NCBI GenBank assembly: GCA_038060895.1
Contig: JBBTCT010000012.1
Location: 41,699 to 105,698, forward strand
Length of the DNA: 64,000 nt
Source: Planctomycetota bacterium
GTDB lineage: Bacteria; Planctomycetota; MHYJ01; WSZJ01
Direction of reading: 5' to 3'
The notes beneath the pieces were generated by a model that saw only the letters and a program-made list of their open reading frames with translations, was not told the DNA's origin and made no database searches. The position numbers were made by a program, and so were the translations under genes. This document shows, piece by piece, positions 31,226 through 39,734 of this stretch (positions within the stretch are counted from its first letter, which is position 1; the number at the start of each line of letters is the position of its first letter).

Positions 31226-31280
31226 CCTACCCACTACCTCCTGCCGACTCCCCACTGCCTTAGCACTTTCCTTACTCCCG
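31226..31280 (-). repeat. 7-nt tandem unit single arm (reverse of the 25805 unit)
   Basis: cctacccactacctcctgccgactccccactgccttagcactttccttactccc. Confidence 0.55.
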
Positions 31281-31310
31281 CTCACAGGCGATCCGTAGAA
31301 TGCCCCGCCA

Positions 31311-32408
31311 ATGACCCGGAAGAACATTTTCTACTACGTGAGCGGCCACGGCTTCGGACACGCGACCCGCTCCTGTGTCGTGATGAACGCCCTCCACGCG
31401 ATCGACCCCACGGTTTTCTTCCACATCCGCTCGAACGCCCCGCGCTGGCTCTTCGCCAAGAATGTGGTAGCGCCGTTCGAGTACTGCTTCGTCGAGGTCG
31501 ACGTCGGCGTCGTGCAGCGGACGATCTTCAACATCGACAAGATGCGGACGCTGAGGAACTGCGAAGAGGCTCTCGAGCGCGGGCCGAAGGTGCTGAAGCA
31601 GGAGTTGAAGTTCGCGCAGGCGAACCCGCCCGCGCTGATCATCTCGGACATCGCGCCGATGGCGTTTGACGTCGCGCACAAGATCGGCGTCCCCTCGGTG
31701 GCGATCGCGAACTTTTCATGGGACTGGATCTACGAGGGGTACCTGGGGGAGATGAAGCCGTTCCGGGGGATTATCGACGCGACGCGCGAGTCGTACGCGA
31801 AGGCTGATCTGCTGCTGAAGCTGCCGCTCTGCGGCGAGTTCCCGGCGTTCCGGAAGACGAAGGCGATTCCGTTCATCGCGCGCAAGTCAACCGCGGACAA
31901 GGCCGAGGTATTCGACACGCTGGGGATCCCGAAGACGAAGCAGAAGGTGATCCTGCTGGCGTTCGGCGGCGTCGACGGCGCGGGGTTCATGATCGACGGG
32001 ATCGAGCGCAACCCGCAATACCTCTTCGTGATCCCGACCGACCAGGCCCTGCCGCGGCTGGCGAATGCCGTCAAGGTCCCTGAGATCGTCCACGTACGCT
32101 TCCAGGACCTCGTCAAGTCGTGCGACCTGGTCGTTTCGAAGCCCGGCTACGGGATCGTCAGCGAATGCGTCGCGAACCGGACACCGTTCCTCTACACGAG
32201 CCGCGACGATTTCGTCGAGTACGACGTGATGGTCAAGGGCATGAAAAAGTGCCTCCCGACGGCGTTCATCCCGAGGATGTACCTCGTCATGGGCGACTGG
32301 GACGTGCACCTCGAAGGGTTCATCGGGGCGAAGCACGAGTGGAAGGACGTCGCCACGGACGGGGGTGAAGTTGCGGCTGGAGTGCTGAAGAAGTACCTGA
32401 AGGGGTGA
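31311..32408 (+). CDS. GT-B glycosyltransferase-like protein (arabinokinase N-terminal-like family)
   Basis: YYVSGHGFGHATR, NFSWDWIY, VVSKPGYGIVSEC motifs. Confidence 0.8.
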   Translation: MTRKNIFYYVSGHGFGHATRSCVVMNALHAIDPTVFFHIRSNAPRWLFAKNVVAPFEYCFVEVDVGVVQRTIFNIDKMRTLRNCEEALERGPKVLKQELKFAQANPPALIISDIAPMAFDVAHKIGVPSVAIANFSWDWIYEGYLGEMKPFRGIIDATRESYAKADLLLKLPLCGEFPAFRKTKAIPFIARKSTADKAEVFDTLGIPKTKQKVILLAFGGVDGAGFMIDGIERNPQYLFVIPTDQALPRLANAVKVPEIVHVRFQDLVKSCDLVVSKPGYGIVSECVANRTPFLYTSRDDFVEYDVMVKGMKKCLPTAFIPRMYLVMGDWDVHLEGFIGAKHEWKDVATDGGEVAAGVLKKYLKG

Positions 32409-32430
32409 TGGGCAAGGTGCCGGGGTTACC

Positions 32431-32498
32431 GGTCGAGGGTTCAAGGTCGAAAGTCGAAGGTCAAGGCCGTGTCACGAGGGCCGTTTCCTTCGACCTCG
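32431..32498. repeat. 7-nt unit element (AAGGTCG-like) with short inverted arm
   Basis: ggtcgagggttcaaggtcgaaagtcgaaggtcaagg ... ccttcgacctcg. Confidence 0.55.
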
Positions 32499-32538
32499 GA
32501 GCCGCAGAACCGACCCGGCAATTTCACGCACAATCCTC

Positions 32539-32566
32539 TTGACTCAGATTCACCCCGTCCTAAGAT
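32539..32566 (+). promoter_or_regulatory. sigma70 promoter of the small lipoprotein gene
   Basis: TTGACT-N16-TAAGAT. Confidence 0.6.
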
Positions 32567-32644
32567 GACTAGCCGTAACTTGAACGCCGGGCATCCCGCC
32601 CGGGCATCAAGAGGGGGGCCTAAGGCCCAGCTTGGAGGAATCAG

Positions 32645-32827
32645 ATGTTTAAGAAGCTTCTCCTTGTCGCATTGCTGATCTCGGGCGCGGCCCTCGTCGG
32701 CTGCACGTTCGATGGCGAGCACAACAAGCATCACTGGTGGGCATTCCGGCAGGACGTCCACGAGATGCACCGCTTCATCGACCGGCACTTCCTGAACTAC
32801 GACGAACGGGATCCCGCCCGGTACTAG
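32645..32827 (+). CDS. 60-aa His/Trp-rich small lipoprotein
   Basis: GGAGG RBS, LVGC lipobox, own promoter and terminator. Confidence 0.8.
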   Translation: MFKKLLLVALLISGAALVGCTFDGEHNKHHWWAFRQDVHEMHRFIDRHFLNYDERDPARY

Positions 32828-32849
32828 TCGTTCCGCAGGTCGCAGACCC

Positions 32850-32883
32850 AAGCCGCCTCGCTCTCGAGCGAGGCGGCTTTTGT
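32850..32883 (+). terminator. Intrinsic terminator (possibly bidirectional)
   Basis: 13-bp stem aagccgcctcgct/agcgaggcggctt followed by a T-rich tail. Confidence 0.8.
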
Positions 32884-32893
32884 CGTTTGGTGA

Positions 32894-33418
32894 CTAGGAC
32901 TTTGAAGTGAGAAGGCGCGGCAGGAAAAGCCTTCGGCAGGCGGCGAGGAACTCAAGCGTCTCCGGGCGACGGAAGTCCGGGTAGGTCCAGTGCAGGAGCT
33001 GGAAAGCGCCGTCGCGGTAGACGACGGTGATTTCGGCCCAGATCCCTTCCCCGATCCAGACGCGGTGACCGGCTCTCTTGGTGGACGCGAGCGTCAGGCT
33101 GTGCTCGCTCAGCAGTCCGGGGTCGATATTTACCGGGCGATCCACCTTAGCGCCCGCCTTCCAGGTTTCCTCGAGCGCGACCGAGCGCTGCTTCAGCGAG
33201 GCCAGCCGGTCCACACCGACGAGCCGCTCGAAGGCCAGGAACTGGCGCAGCAGCCCCTTCCCCATCTCCGCTTCGTAATAGTCCGTTTCCGTCCAGGGCC
33301 GCGCGGCGCTGGCCAGGGCTATCGGACCCCAATCGGCTTCGAGGGAAGCGCGAACGTTGGCGAGGAGGGGCTCGGAGGTGGCGAGGAGACCGGTGAAGAG
33401 CACGGCGACGGGGGGCAT
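32894..33418 (-). CDS. DUF4416 family protein
   Basis: TDYYEAEMG, RPVNIDPG, LASTK..HR, WTYPDF motifs. Confidence 0.9.
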   Translation of the reverse strand: MPPVAVLFTGLLATSEPLLANVRASLEADWGPIALASAARPWTETDYYEAEMGKGLLRQFLAFERLVGVDRLASLKQRSVALEETWKAGAKVDRPVNIDPGLLSEHSLTLASTKRAGHRVWIGEGIWAEITVVYRDGAFQLLHWTYPDFRRPETLEFLAACRRLFLPRLLTSKS

Positions 33419-33427
33419 GCCGCCACT

Positions 33428-33688
33428 CTAGCCGAGTTCCGCGAGGAACCGCTTTACGGCCTCGCTCATCACGGCGCCTTCGTCGTACGCTCCGTTCTGG
33501 ATGCGGCGGCGGAGGTCGGCGACGCGATCGCCCCGGATGTCTGGGGCGGCGCGGAGCTGGTCGCGGAGGCGTGCCTGCGGAGAGATGGACAAGTGATCCG
33601 CGGGCAGTTCTGAAGGGGCGACCGGGTAGAGATCGCGAGCGCGAGCGGGTCGAATGGGGAACGAAGGATCGACCCTGTTGATTTCCAT
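33428..33688 (-). CDS. flgM: Anti-sigma-28 factor FlgM
   Basis: D.LSIS..AR and PDIRGDRVADLRRRIQNGAY C-terminal FlgM motif; sigma28 promoter upstream. Confidence 0.85.
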   Translation of the reverse strand: MEINRVDPSFPIRPARARDLYPVAPSELPADHLSISPQARLRDQLRAAPDIRGDRVADLRRRIQNGAYDEGAVMSEAVKRFLAELG

Positions 33689-33723
33689 GGAGTGGGGTTC
33701 CTTGGAAGGAGAGGGTAATAGAG

Positions 33724-33751
33724 AGATCGGCTGGAAAGTGAGAATGCTTGA
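33724..33751 (-). promoter_or_regulatory. sigma28-type promoter of flgM
   Basis: Minus strand TCAAG-N15-GCCGATCT. Confidence 0.7.
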
Positions 33752-33754
33752 GCC

Positions 33755-33789
33755 TATTTCAAATTGAAATACTATTTCATTTTGAAATT
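33755..33789. promoter_or_regulatory. Tandem palindromic operator (TATTTCA-N3-TGAAAT) x2
   Basis: Perfect 8-1-8 palindrome tatttcaaAttgaaata at 33755-33771 and a near copy at 33773-33789 (18-bp period), very AT-rich in 66% GC DNA. Confidence 0.6.
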
Positions 33790-33845
33790 CTGCCCCCCGA
33801 ATCGCCTTTCCCGACTCCCCCGCTTACCTCGTATACTCCGCTCCC

Positions 33846-35846
33846 ATGCATCGCTTCCTGGCCCTGCTCGCCGCTTTGCTGCCGCTTCCGGTCACGGCGG
33901 ATGACCTCCTGATCCTTCGCAACCAGCACGAAATCACGGGCACCATCGTGCAGGACGATGGCGACACCATCGTCATCCAAACGGGCGGCGCCGAAGGTCG
34001 CCTGTCCTGCCGATATGAAGATCTCGCTTTCATCAACGGGCTCGCGGCCCCTCGCGTCCGCGAGCTTCGCCTGGAGGTCCGCAGGGCGGAGGCGACCTTT
34101 GCGAAGCGAGGGATTGCGGCGCCGATCGCGCTTGCGATTCGAGGCCGGGACAGCGCGCGGTTTTCGGACGATCAGCGCGCTTCGAAATCTCCGCCTCCGC
34201 CGCTGGCGGCACTGGCCGCGTTCGGCCTGGCCGCGCGGGACGTTGCCGCAGGAGAGGCCGTTGCCGCCTGGCGCGCCGCGCGCCGCCACGCAGCCGCCGA
34301 TCTCGCTTCCGGAGAACTCGCTCTTCTCGTCCCCGCCGACGAAAGCCCTGACCCGTTCGCCCCCTTCTGGATCGCCGCCGGCGCCCGCCCGCCGGCCTAT
34401 GCCGTGACGCGCGAATTCGGCGCGGCCGCGCTCGACGCCGCCGCTCCTGCAGCCCAGGCCGCAGCCCGGCGTCTCGCCGGCTCATGGTCCGACGCCGAGC
34501 TCGCCCTCGAGGCCGCGCGCACCGGCACCGCCGCCGCCGTCGCCCTCGACGCTCTTCTCGACCCGCCCGGCCTCTCGCCCGACCAGGGTGAAGGCGCGCT
34601 CGCGCTCACGGGGCTCGGCGATGTCCCGGCGTCGCCCGACACGCCGCCGTTCCTCGCCGCGTGGCGCGTTTTCGCGCAGCGAGACGGCGCCCGCTTCGCC
34701 ATCACCGCGAAACTCGCCGGAGGGTGGCGACTCGCATTCCAAGTCCTCGACGACCCGCCTGCCTCGACCGAGCAGATCCTCCACCCCGAAAAGTACTTCG
34801 TCGATCGCGACCCGCCCGCCCGGGTCCAGCTCGCGGACCTCCCGCTCCCGCGCGGGGCCGAGTCGTTCGGGTTCGTGGCGCGCGGGACGATGGGGGAAGC
34901 CATGATGGTTGAGTCGTTCCGGCGCGCCGGAGGCCCGGGTGGCGCGGGGTTGGACGAGCAGCCCGCCCGTCGCGCCGCCGCCGGATGGGACGGCGATGCA
35001 TGGATCGTCTACGCGTCCAGGGACGGCACCCTCGCCCTCGTCTGGCTTTCCACCTGGGATACCCCCGAGGACGCGCGCGAATTCGCGGAGGCTGCCGCGG
35101 CCGCCGGCGTCCTGCGCAGGGGAAGGGGAAAGTCCGCCACCGACGGCACTCGCATCCGCTTCGAGTCCGCCGGCGCGCGCGGAGTCGCGGAGTGGAAAGA
35201 CAGGGACTGCGTCGTCGTCGAAGGATTGCCGACCGACGAAGCCGCGGCTGCGCTCGCCGAATCGGCGTGGGCGGGGCGATCCGTCAGGGAAGAACCCTCC
35301 GCGCCGCTGGTCCTCGCTCCCAGGGAGGCCGTCGCCGCCGCGCTCGCGACCTCGGATGCCCTCGCAAAGGGATGGGTATCGGACCCGCCGAATGCCGTGC
35401 CTCTCGGCGGCCGCATCGACCAGGACCCGAACTCGGGCGCCCGCACCTTCCGCGCGGCAGGCGCTTTCACGCTCGAAATCCCTGACGGTTGGGAAGCGCG
35501 GGCCGAGCCCTCCGCGCTCGTCCTGACCCCCGCTTCCGGTCTCCTCGTGACCGCGACTTTCCACCGCCTCGCGGCCGAAGCCCCCCCCGCCCTCGTTTTC
35601 GCCCGCGCGCGCGCACTCGCAAGTCCCCGGGGCGACGCCCCGTTCCTGCCCTACCCGTCCCGGACCGCCGACGGCCGCGCCTGGTGCCAGTTCGTCATCC
35701 CTCACGCTGAACGGCGCACGCACCACGCATGGACGGTCGCAGGGAAAAATGCGATCCGGCTGGAAGCCGTCGCGCCTGCCGCCGGCGCAACGGACGACCT
35801 GAAAAAGGAACTGCAGGCGATGCTCGCAACCGTGAGGTTTGAATAG
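33846..35846 (+). CDS. Secreted zinc-peptidase-like paralog lacking HExxH
   Basis: Shares STEQILHPEK, GTMGE, AAGWDGD, STWD..EDA.EF with the downstream gene; no HExxH; Ala-rich. Confidence 0.75.
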   Translation: MHRFLALLAALLPLPVTADDLLILRNQHEITGTIVQDDGDTIVIQTGGAEGRLSCRYEDLAFINGLAAPRVRELRLEVRRAEATFAKRGIAAPIALAIRGRDSARFSDDQRASKSPPPPLAALAAFGLAARDVAAGEAVAAWRAARRHAAADLASGELALLVPADESPDPFAPFWIAAGARPPAYAVTREFGAAALDAAAPAAQAAARRLAGSWSDAELALEAARTGTAAAVALDALLDPPGLSPDQGEGALALTGLGDVPASPDTPPFLAAWRVFAQRDGARFAITAKLAGGWRLAFQVLDDPPASTEQILHPEKYFVDRDPPARVQLADLPLPRGAESFGFVARGTMGEAMMVESFRRAGGPGGAGLDEQPARRAAAGWDGDAWIVYASRDGTLALVWLSTWDTPEDAREFAEAAAAAGVLRRGRGKSATDGTRIRFESAGARGVAEWKDRDCVVVEGLPTDEAAAALAESAWAGRSVREEPSAPLVLAPREAVAAALATSDALAKGWVSDPPNAVPLGGRIDQDPNSGARTFRAAGAFTLEIPDGWEARAEPSALVLTPASGLLVTATFHRLAAEAPPALVFARARALASPRGDAPFLPYPSRTADGRAWCQFVIPHAERRTHHAWTVAGKNAIRLEAVAPAAGATDDLKKELQAMLATVRFE

Positions 35847-35930
35847 CACCTCGAACTCACGCGTTCCATTCCCCGCCCGTACACTTCCCGTCCTGAAATC
35901 CCGTTCCTATCACCACCCCAGGAGTCACTC

Positions 35931-37697
35931 ATGAAGCCGATGCTGTTGCTCGCCGCTCTTCTCCTCCCCCTGGCCGCGCTCGCGCAGGACGATGAGAAGA
36001 AACCCCTCGATTCCAAGGCCGTGAAGAAGCTGCAGAAGATCGTCGAGGAGGGGCGCGGGCTGAAGTTCAAAAAGGCGGTCAAGGTGCAGGTGCAGGACGA
36101 GGATGATCTGAAGGCGATGGTCGAGAAGAGCTTCGACGAAGAATGGCCGAGGGAGAAAGCCGAGAAGGCGGCGGCGGGCTACAAGAAACTCGGGCTCATC
36201 CCGCAAGACATGGAACTGCGCAGCTTCATGGTCGAGTTGCTCGCCGACTCGATTGGCGGATACTACGACCCGAAGACCAAGCAGCTCTTCCTCATCCGCC
36301 GCAAAGCAGGCGGGAACGACAAGATGAACGAGATGACGAAGCAGATGTACGGGACCGACTGGGACACCATGGCCACCATCCACGAGCTGACGCACGCGCT
36401 TCAGGACCAGCACTACGACCTCCAGACGATTCCGACCGACATGGAGGGCGAGGACGACATGACGAAGGCGATGCAGTGCTTGTTTGAGGGCGAAGCGAAC
36501 TACGTCATGTACGAGCATGTGCTCGGCAACCGCGGGATGAACCTGCGGAGCATGCCCAGTCTCAAGATGTTCCTGGCGGGTGGCGCGCAGGGCTCGGACA
36601 AGATGAATGCGGCGCCCGAATTCCTGAAGCGCGGGCTGGTGTTCCCCTACATGGAGGGGATGGTGTTCGTGCACGCGGTGATGATCAAGGGGGAGGAGTG
36701 GTCGAAGGTTGAGGAGATGTACAACAAGCTGCCGTTGTCCACGGAGCAGATCCTCCACCCGGAGAAGTTCATCGACGGCGACTGGCCGCAGCGGGTGCGC
36801 CTTCCCGACCTGGCGAAATCGCTCGGCAAGGGCTGGGAGCTGGTCGACGAGAACACCCTGGGCGAGCTGAATTTCCAGATCATGCTGGGAGAATTCATCA
36901 GCCGGAAGAAATCCCCGAAGACGATTGCGAAGTCGGCCGCTGGCTGGGATGGGGACAGGTACGCGGTCTACCGCAAGGGCGAAGCGGTGGCGATGGCTCT
37001 CTTCAGCACCTGGGACTCGGAAGAGGACGCGCAGGAGTTCGTGAAGTCGGCGAAAAGGGTATTGAACAAGAAACTCGGCGCAGAGGGCACGGACGACGGC
37101 GAGGACCTGACGCGCTGGGACGGCGGCACGGTGCTCGAGCGCAAGGGAAGCGACGTTCTCTGGATGGAGACCGCGAGCAAAGGCTGCGACAAGGCGCGCT
37201 CGGCGGTCTGGGAGGGCGTCGAGAAGAAGGAGGTTTCCAAGGTCGAACGCAAGAAACCCGCGGAGGTCGAGGCGAAAGAGGCTGCGCTCGCCGAGAACGA
37301 GCTCTACCGCCTGACAAAGGCTCCGAAAACCGCGTGGAAGGTCCAGGAAGACGGAACGGACGTCACGATCACCTGGAAAGGCATGGACGGCGCCGCGTCA
37401 TTTCACGCCGTCTCGAAGAAAGGCCGGGACGCCGAGGAGGCGCTTCAGGAGGCGGTCGACAGCGCCAAGGCCGAGCTGGAGAACGGGAAGCAGCGCTCGT
37501 GGAGCATCGAGGGGCTTGAATCTCCTGCCGGCGGCGTGGTCGGCACGAGCGAAGACCTGGGCGAAATCAAGATGGGGATCATCGTCCTGGACGCCGGAAA
37601 GCGCTGGGTCGTCGCGCGCCTCGCGTGCGGGGAGAAGGACTGGGAGAAAGCGTCGAAGGAGTTCGAAAAAATCGTGAGGGGGTTCGAGGGAAAGTAA
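35931..37697 (+). CDS. Secreted zinc metallopeptidase-like protein (HELTHALQDQH family)
   Basis: Signal peptide; GGYYDP, HELTHALQDQH, EGEA, FPYMEG, STEQILHPEK, AAGWDGD. Confidence 0.85.
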   Translation: MKPMLLLAALLLPLAALAQDDEKKPLDSKAVKKLQKIVEEGRGLKFKKAVKVQVQDEDDLKAMVEKSFDEEWPREKAEKAAAGYKKLGLIPQDMELRSFMVELLADSIGGYYDPKTKQLFLIRRKAGGNDKMNEMTKQMYGTDWDTMATIHELTHALQDQHYDLQTIPTDMEGEDDMTKAMQCLFEGEANYVMYEHVLGNRGMNLRSMPSLKMFLAGGAQGSDKMNAAPEFLKRGLVFPYMEGMVFVHAVMIKGEEWSKVEEMYNKLPLSTEQILHPEKFIDGDWPQRVRLPDLAKSLGKGWELVDENTLGELNFQIMLGEFISRKKSPKTIAKSAAGWDGDRYAVYRKGEAVAMALFSTWDSEEDAQEFVKSAKRVLNKKLGAEGTDDGEDLTRWDGGTVLERKGSDVLWMETASKGCDKARSAVWEGVEKKEVSKVERKKPAEVEAKEAALAENELYRLTKAPKTAWKVQEDGTDVTITWKGMDGAASFHAVSKKGRDAEEALQEAVDSAKAELENGKQRSWSIEGLESPAGGVVGTSEDLGEIKMGIIVLDAGKRWVVARLACGEKDWEKASKEFEKIVRGFEGK

Positions 37698-37747
37698 GGG
37701 TTGGCTGGCGTTGGCTTCGCAGGCCGAGCGCCGGCAGACCGCGCCCG

Positions 37748-38479
37748 CTACTTCTGTTCCTCAGCCGCCGGACGCATGTGCTCCGCGGTCAGCGCGCGGT
37801 TCCTTTGCATCAGGAACGCGATGAGGAAGATCACGGTCGTCAGCGCGAATCCAGCGGCGACGCTCATGAGGATCAGTCGCTGATTCTGGAGCGCGCGCAC
37901 CTGGTCCTTGAGCACCCGGACCTTGAGCTCGACCTGGTCGACCTTGATCTTGATGCCGCCGTCAGGCGCGGGAGCGTGCGCGGGCGCAGTGGCGGGCGCG
38001 GCCTTTTCAGCAGGCTTATCGGCCGCCCGGGCGGCAGGGGCCTGGAAGGGCGCCATCGTGTGCCCGAACGCCTGCGGCGGCGCGGGGGCTTTTTCCATCT
38101 CGATCGCAGCGGCCTTCGGCGCCGCAGCCGCACTCACCGCCGGCGCCGCCGTCCCGCCCTTCCCCTCCGCCTTTCCGCCCTTGACGTCTTCTGCCTCGTC
38201 CAGCTCGAACGAGACCTGGATTTTCCCGAAGCGGACGCTGTCTCCCGGCTTGAGCTTGCCGACCTTTGTTTCGGCGTCATTAATGCGCGTGCCGTTGCGG
38301 CTCTCGAGGTCGTACAAAGTCCACGCTCCGTCTGCCAGCTCGACCTTCGCGTGGGTGGAAGAGACGCTGCCGTCGTCGAGCGAAACCTGGTTGCGGCGCG
38401 ACCTGCCGACCATCGCGACGCCGGTGAAGGAGAAAATCTCTATGTTGCCGTTCTCGTGGCGCCGGACGAAGCGAGGCAC
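37748..38479 (-). CDS. FHA domain protein with C-terminal coiled coil and TM anchor
   Basis: GR, VSSTHA, DLESRNGT FHA motifs. Confidence 0.88.
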   Translation of the reverse strand: MPRFVRRHENGNIEIFSFTGVAMVGRSRRNQVSLDDGSVSSTHAKVELADGAWTLYDLESRNGTRINDAETKVGKLKPGDSVRFGKIQVSFELDEAEDVKGGKAEGKGGTAAPAVSAAAAPKAAAIEMEKAPAPPQAFGHTMAPFQAPAARAADKPAEKAAPATAPAHAPAPDGGIKIKVDQVELKVRVLKDQVRALQNQRLILMSVAAGFALTTVIFLIAFLMQRNRALTAEHMRPAAEEQK

Positions 38480-38613
38480 GTTGAACTCCTGTTAGTTGGA
38501 CGGACTAGGATATCAGATGAGGACATCGGCGGGCACCAGCTGGAGTTCCCGTGAACAAACGGTAACTTGAAAGCGTTAAAACCTATGGAGGGGATAAAAG
38601 GAGCCCCCCGACC

Positions 38614-39717
38614 ATGCGCGTTCTCGCACTGCTGTTCGCAGTTGCTCCTGCGCTCTTCGCGCAGACGCCTCCCGTTGAACCTTCGACCGCGATCGAGCCC
38701 GCCGCGCCGGTCGCCTCCGTCGCGCCAGACAAATCGGATGAAGTCCCCGGCGACGAACTCTCCCGGGAAGGCAAGAAGGGCGCTTCCGCCGGCCTCAACT
38801 GGCTCCTCCAGGCGCAGAACGAGGACGGCTCGTGGGGTGAGGATGCGAAGTGCGAGGCCGAGGTCGCCTGCACGGCCATGGCGGGGCTCGCGCTCCTCAG
38901 CTCCGGCGAAACGGGACGCGACGGAAAGCACCGCGCCGCCGTCGCGCGGGCGGTCAAATGGATCACGAAGCGCGCCCTTGCTTCCGGTCGCCAGATGCGC
39001 GGCGCTCCCTCGTCCATCGAGACTTACCTGGGCGAACACATCGGCGACTACCTGGCGTGCGCGTTCCTGGCAGAGGCGCTGGGCATGGTCCCCGAGGCCG
39101 CGACCGACGAGTCCACCGGAGCGGCGCTTCGCAAACTCGTCCGCCGCGTCCAGTCCTGGCAGCGGGAGGACGGCTCGTGGAACGACGGCGTGGAACCGCT
39201 CACGACGACGGCCATCGCGTACGTCGCCCTCCGCGCTGCCCACAACGCCGGCGTCACCGTCGAGGACGCGTCGCTCGAGCGCGTCGTCAAGTACGTCGAG
39301 TCGCGCATCGACACGAACAAAAAGGTCGTCGTCGATCCCGTCCACGGCGACCGCCCGCGCTTCACCGGCACCGCTGGCTCGCTCCGGGTCCTCCTCGGAG
39401 TGGGGCACGACCAGACTCCCGAGGGGCGGGTCGCTTCCGGCATTCTCGTGAAGCTGCCGTTCGGGCGCGACTACGGCGACGAGGTCAGCGGCGAGGACTT
39501 CTTCGGCGGCGTCCTCGCGGCGCACGCGATGATCCACGAGGACGGAAAAGCGTGGCGGGGCGTGTTTGCAAAGATCCAGAAGGTGCTCACTTCGTGCCAG
39601 AACCTCGACGGTTCCTGGACCGGACACCACTGCATCTCGGCTCGGACCTTCTGCACCGCCTCCGCGGTCACGACCCTGCTGACGCCGCTGCGGTTCCTGC
39701 CGATGATCCAGATGTAG
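38614..39717 (+). CDS. Secreted prenyltransferase/squalene-oxidase (QW) repeat protein
   Basis: Signal peptide; QNEDGSW, QREDGSW, QNLDGSW repeats; GHHCI motif. Confidence 0.85.
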   Translation: MRVLALLFAVAPALFAQTPPVEPSTAIEPAAPVASVAPDKSDEVPGDELSREGKKGASAGLNWLLQAQNEDGSWGEDAKCEAEVACTAMAGLALLSSGETGRDGKHRAAVARAVKWITKRALASGRQMRGAPSSIETYLGEHIGDYLACAFLAEALGMVPEAATDESTGAALRKLVRRVQSWQREDGSWNDGVEPLTTTAIAYVALRAAHNAGVTVEDASLERVVKYVESRIDTNKKVVVDPVHGDRPRFTGTAGSLRVLLGVGHDQTPEGRVASGILVKLPFGRDYGDEVSGEDFFGGVLAAHAMIHEDGKAWRGVFAKIQKVLTSCQNLDGSWTGHHCISARTFCTASAVTTLLTPLRFLPMIQM

Positions 39718-39734
39718 GTTAAAGTGCGGGCCGA

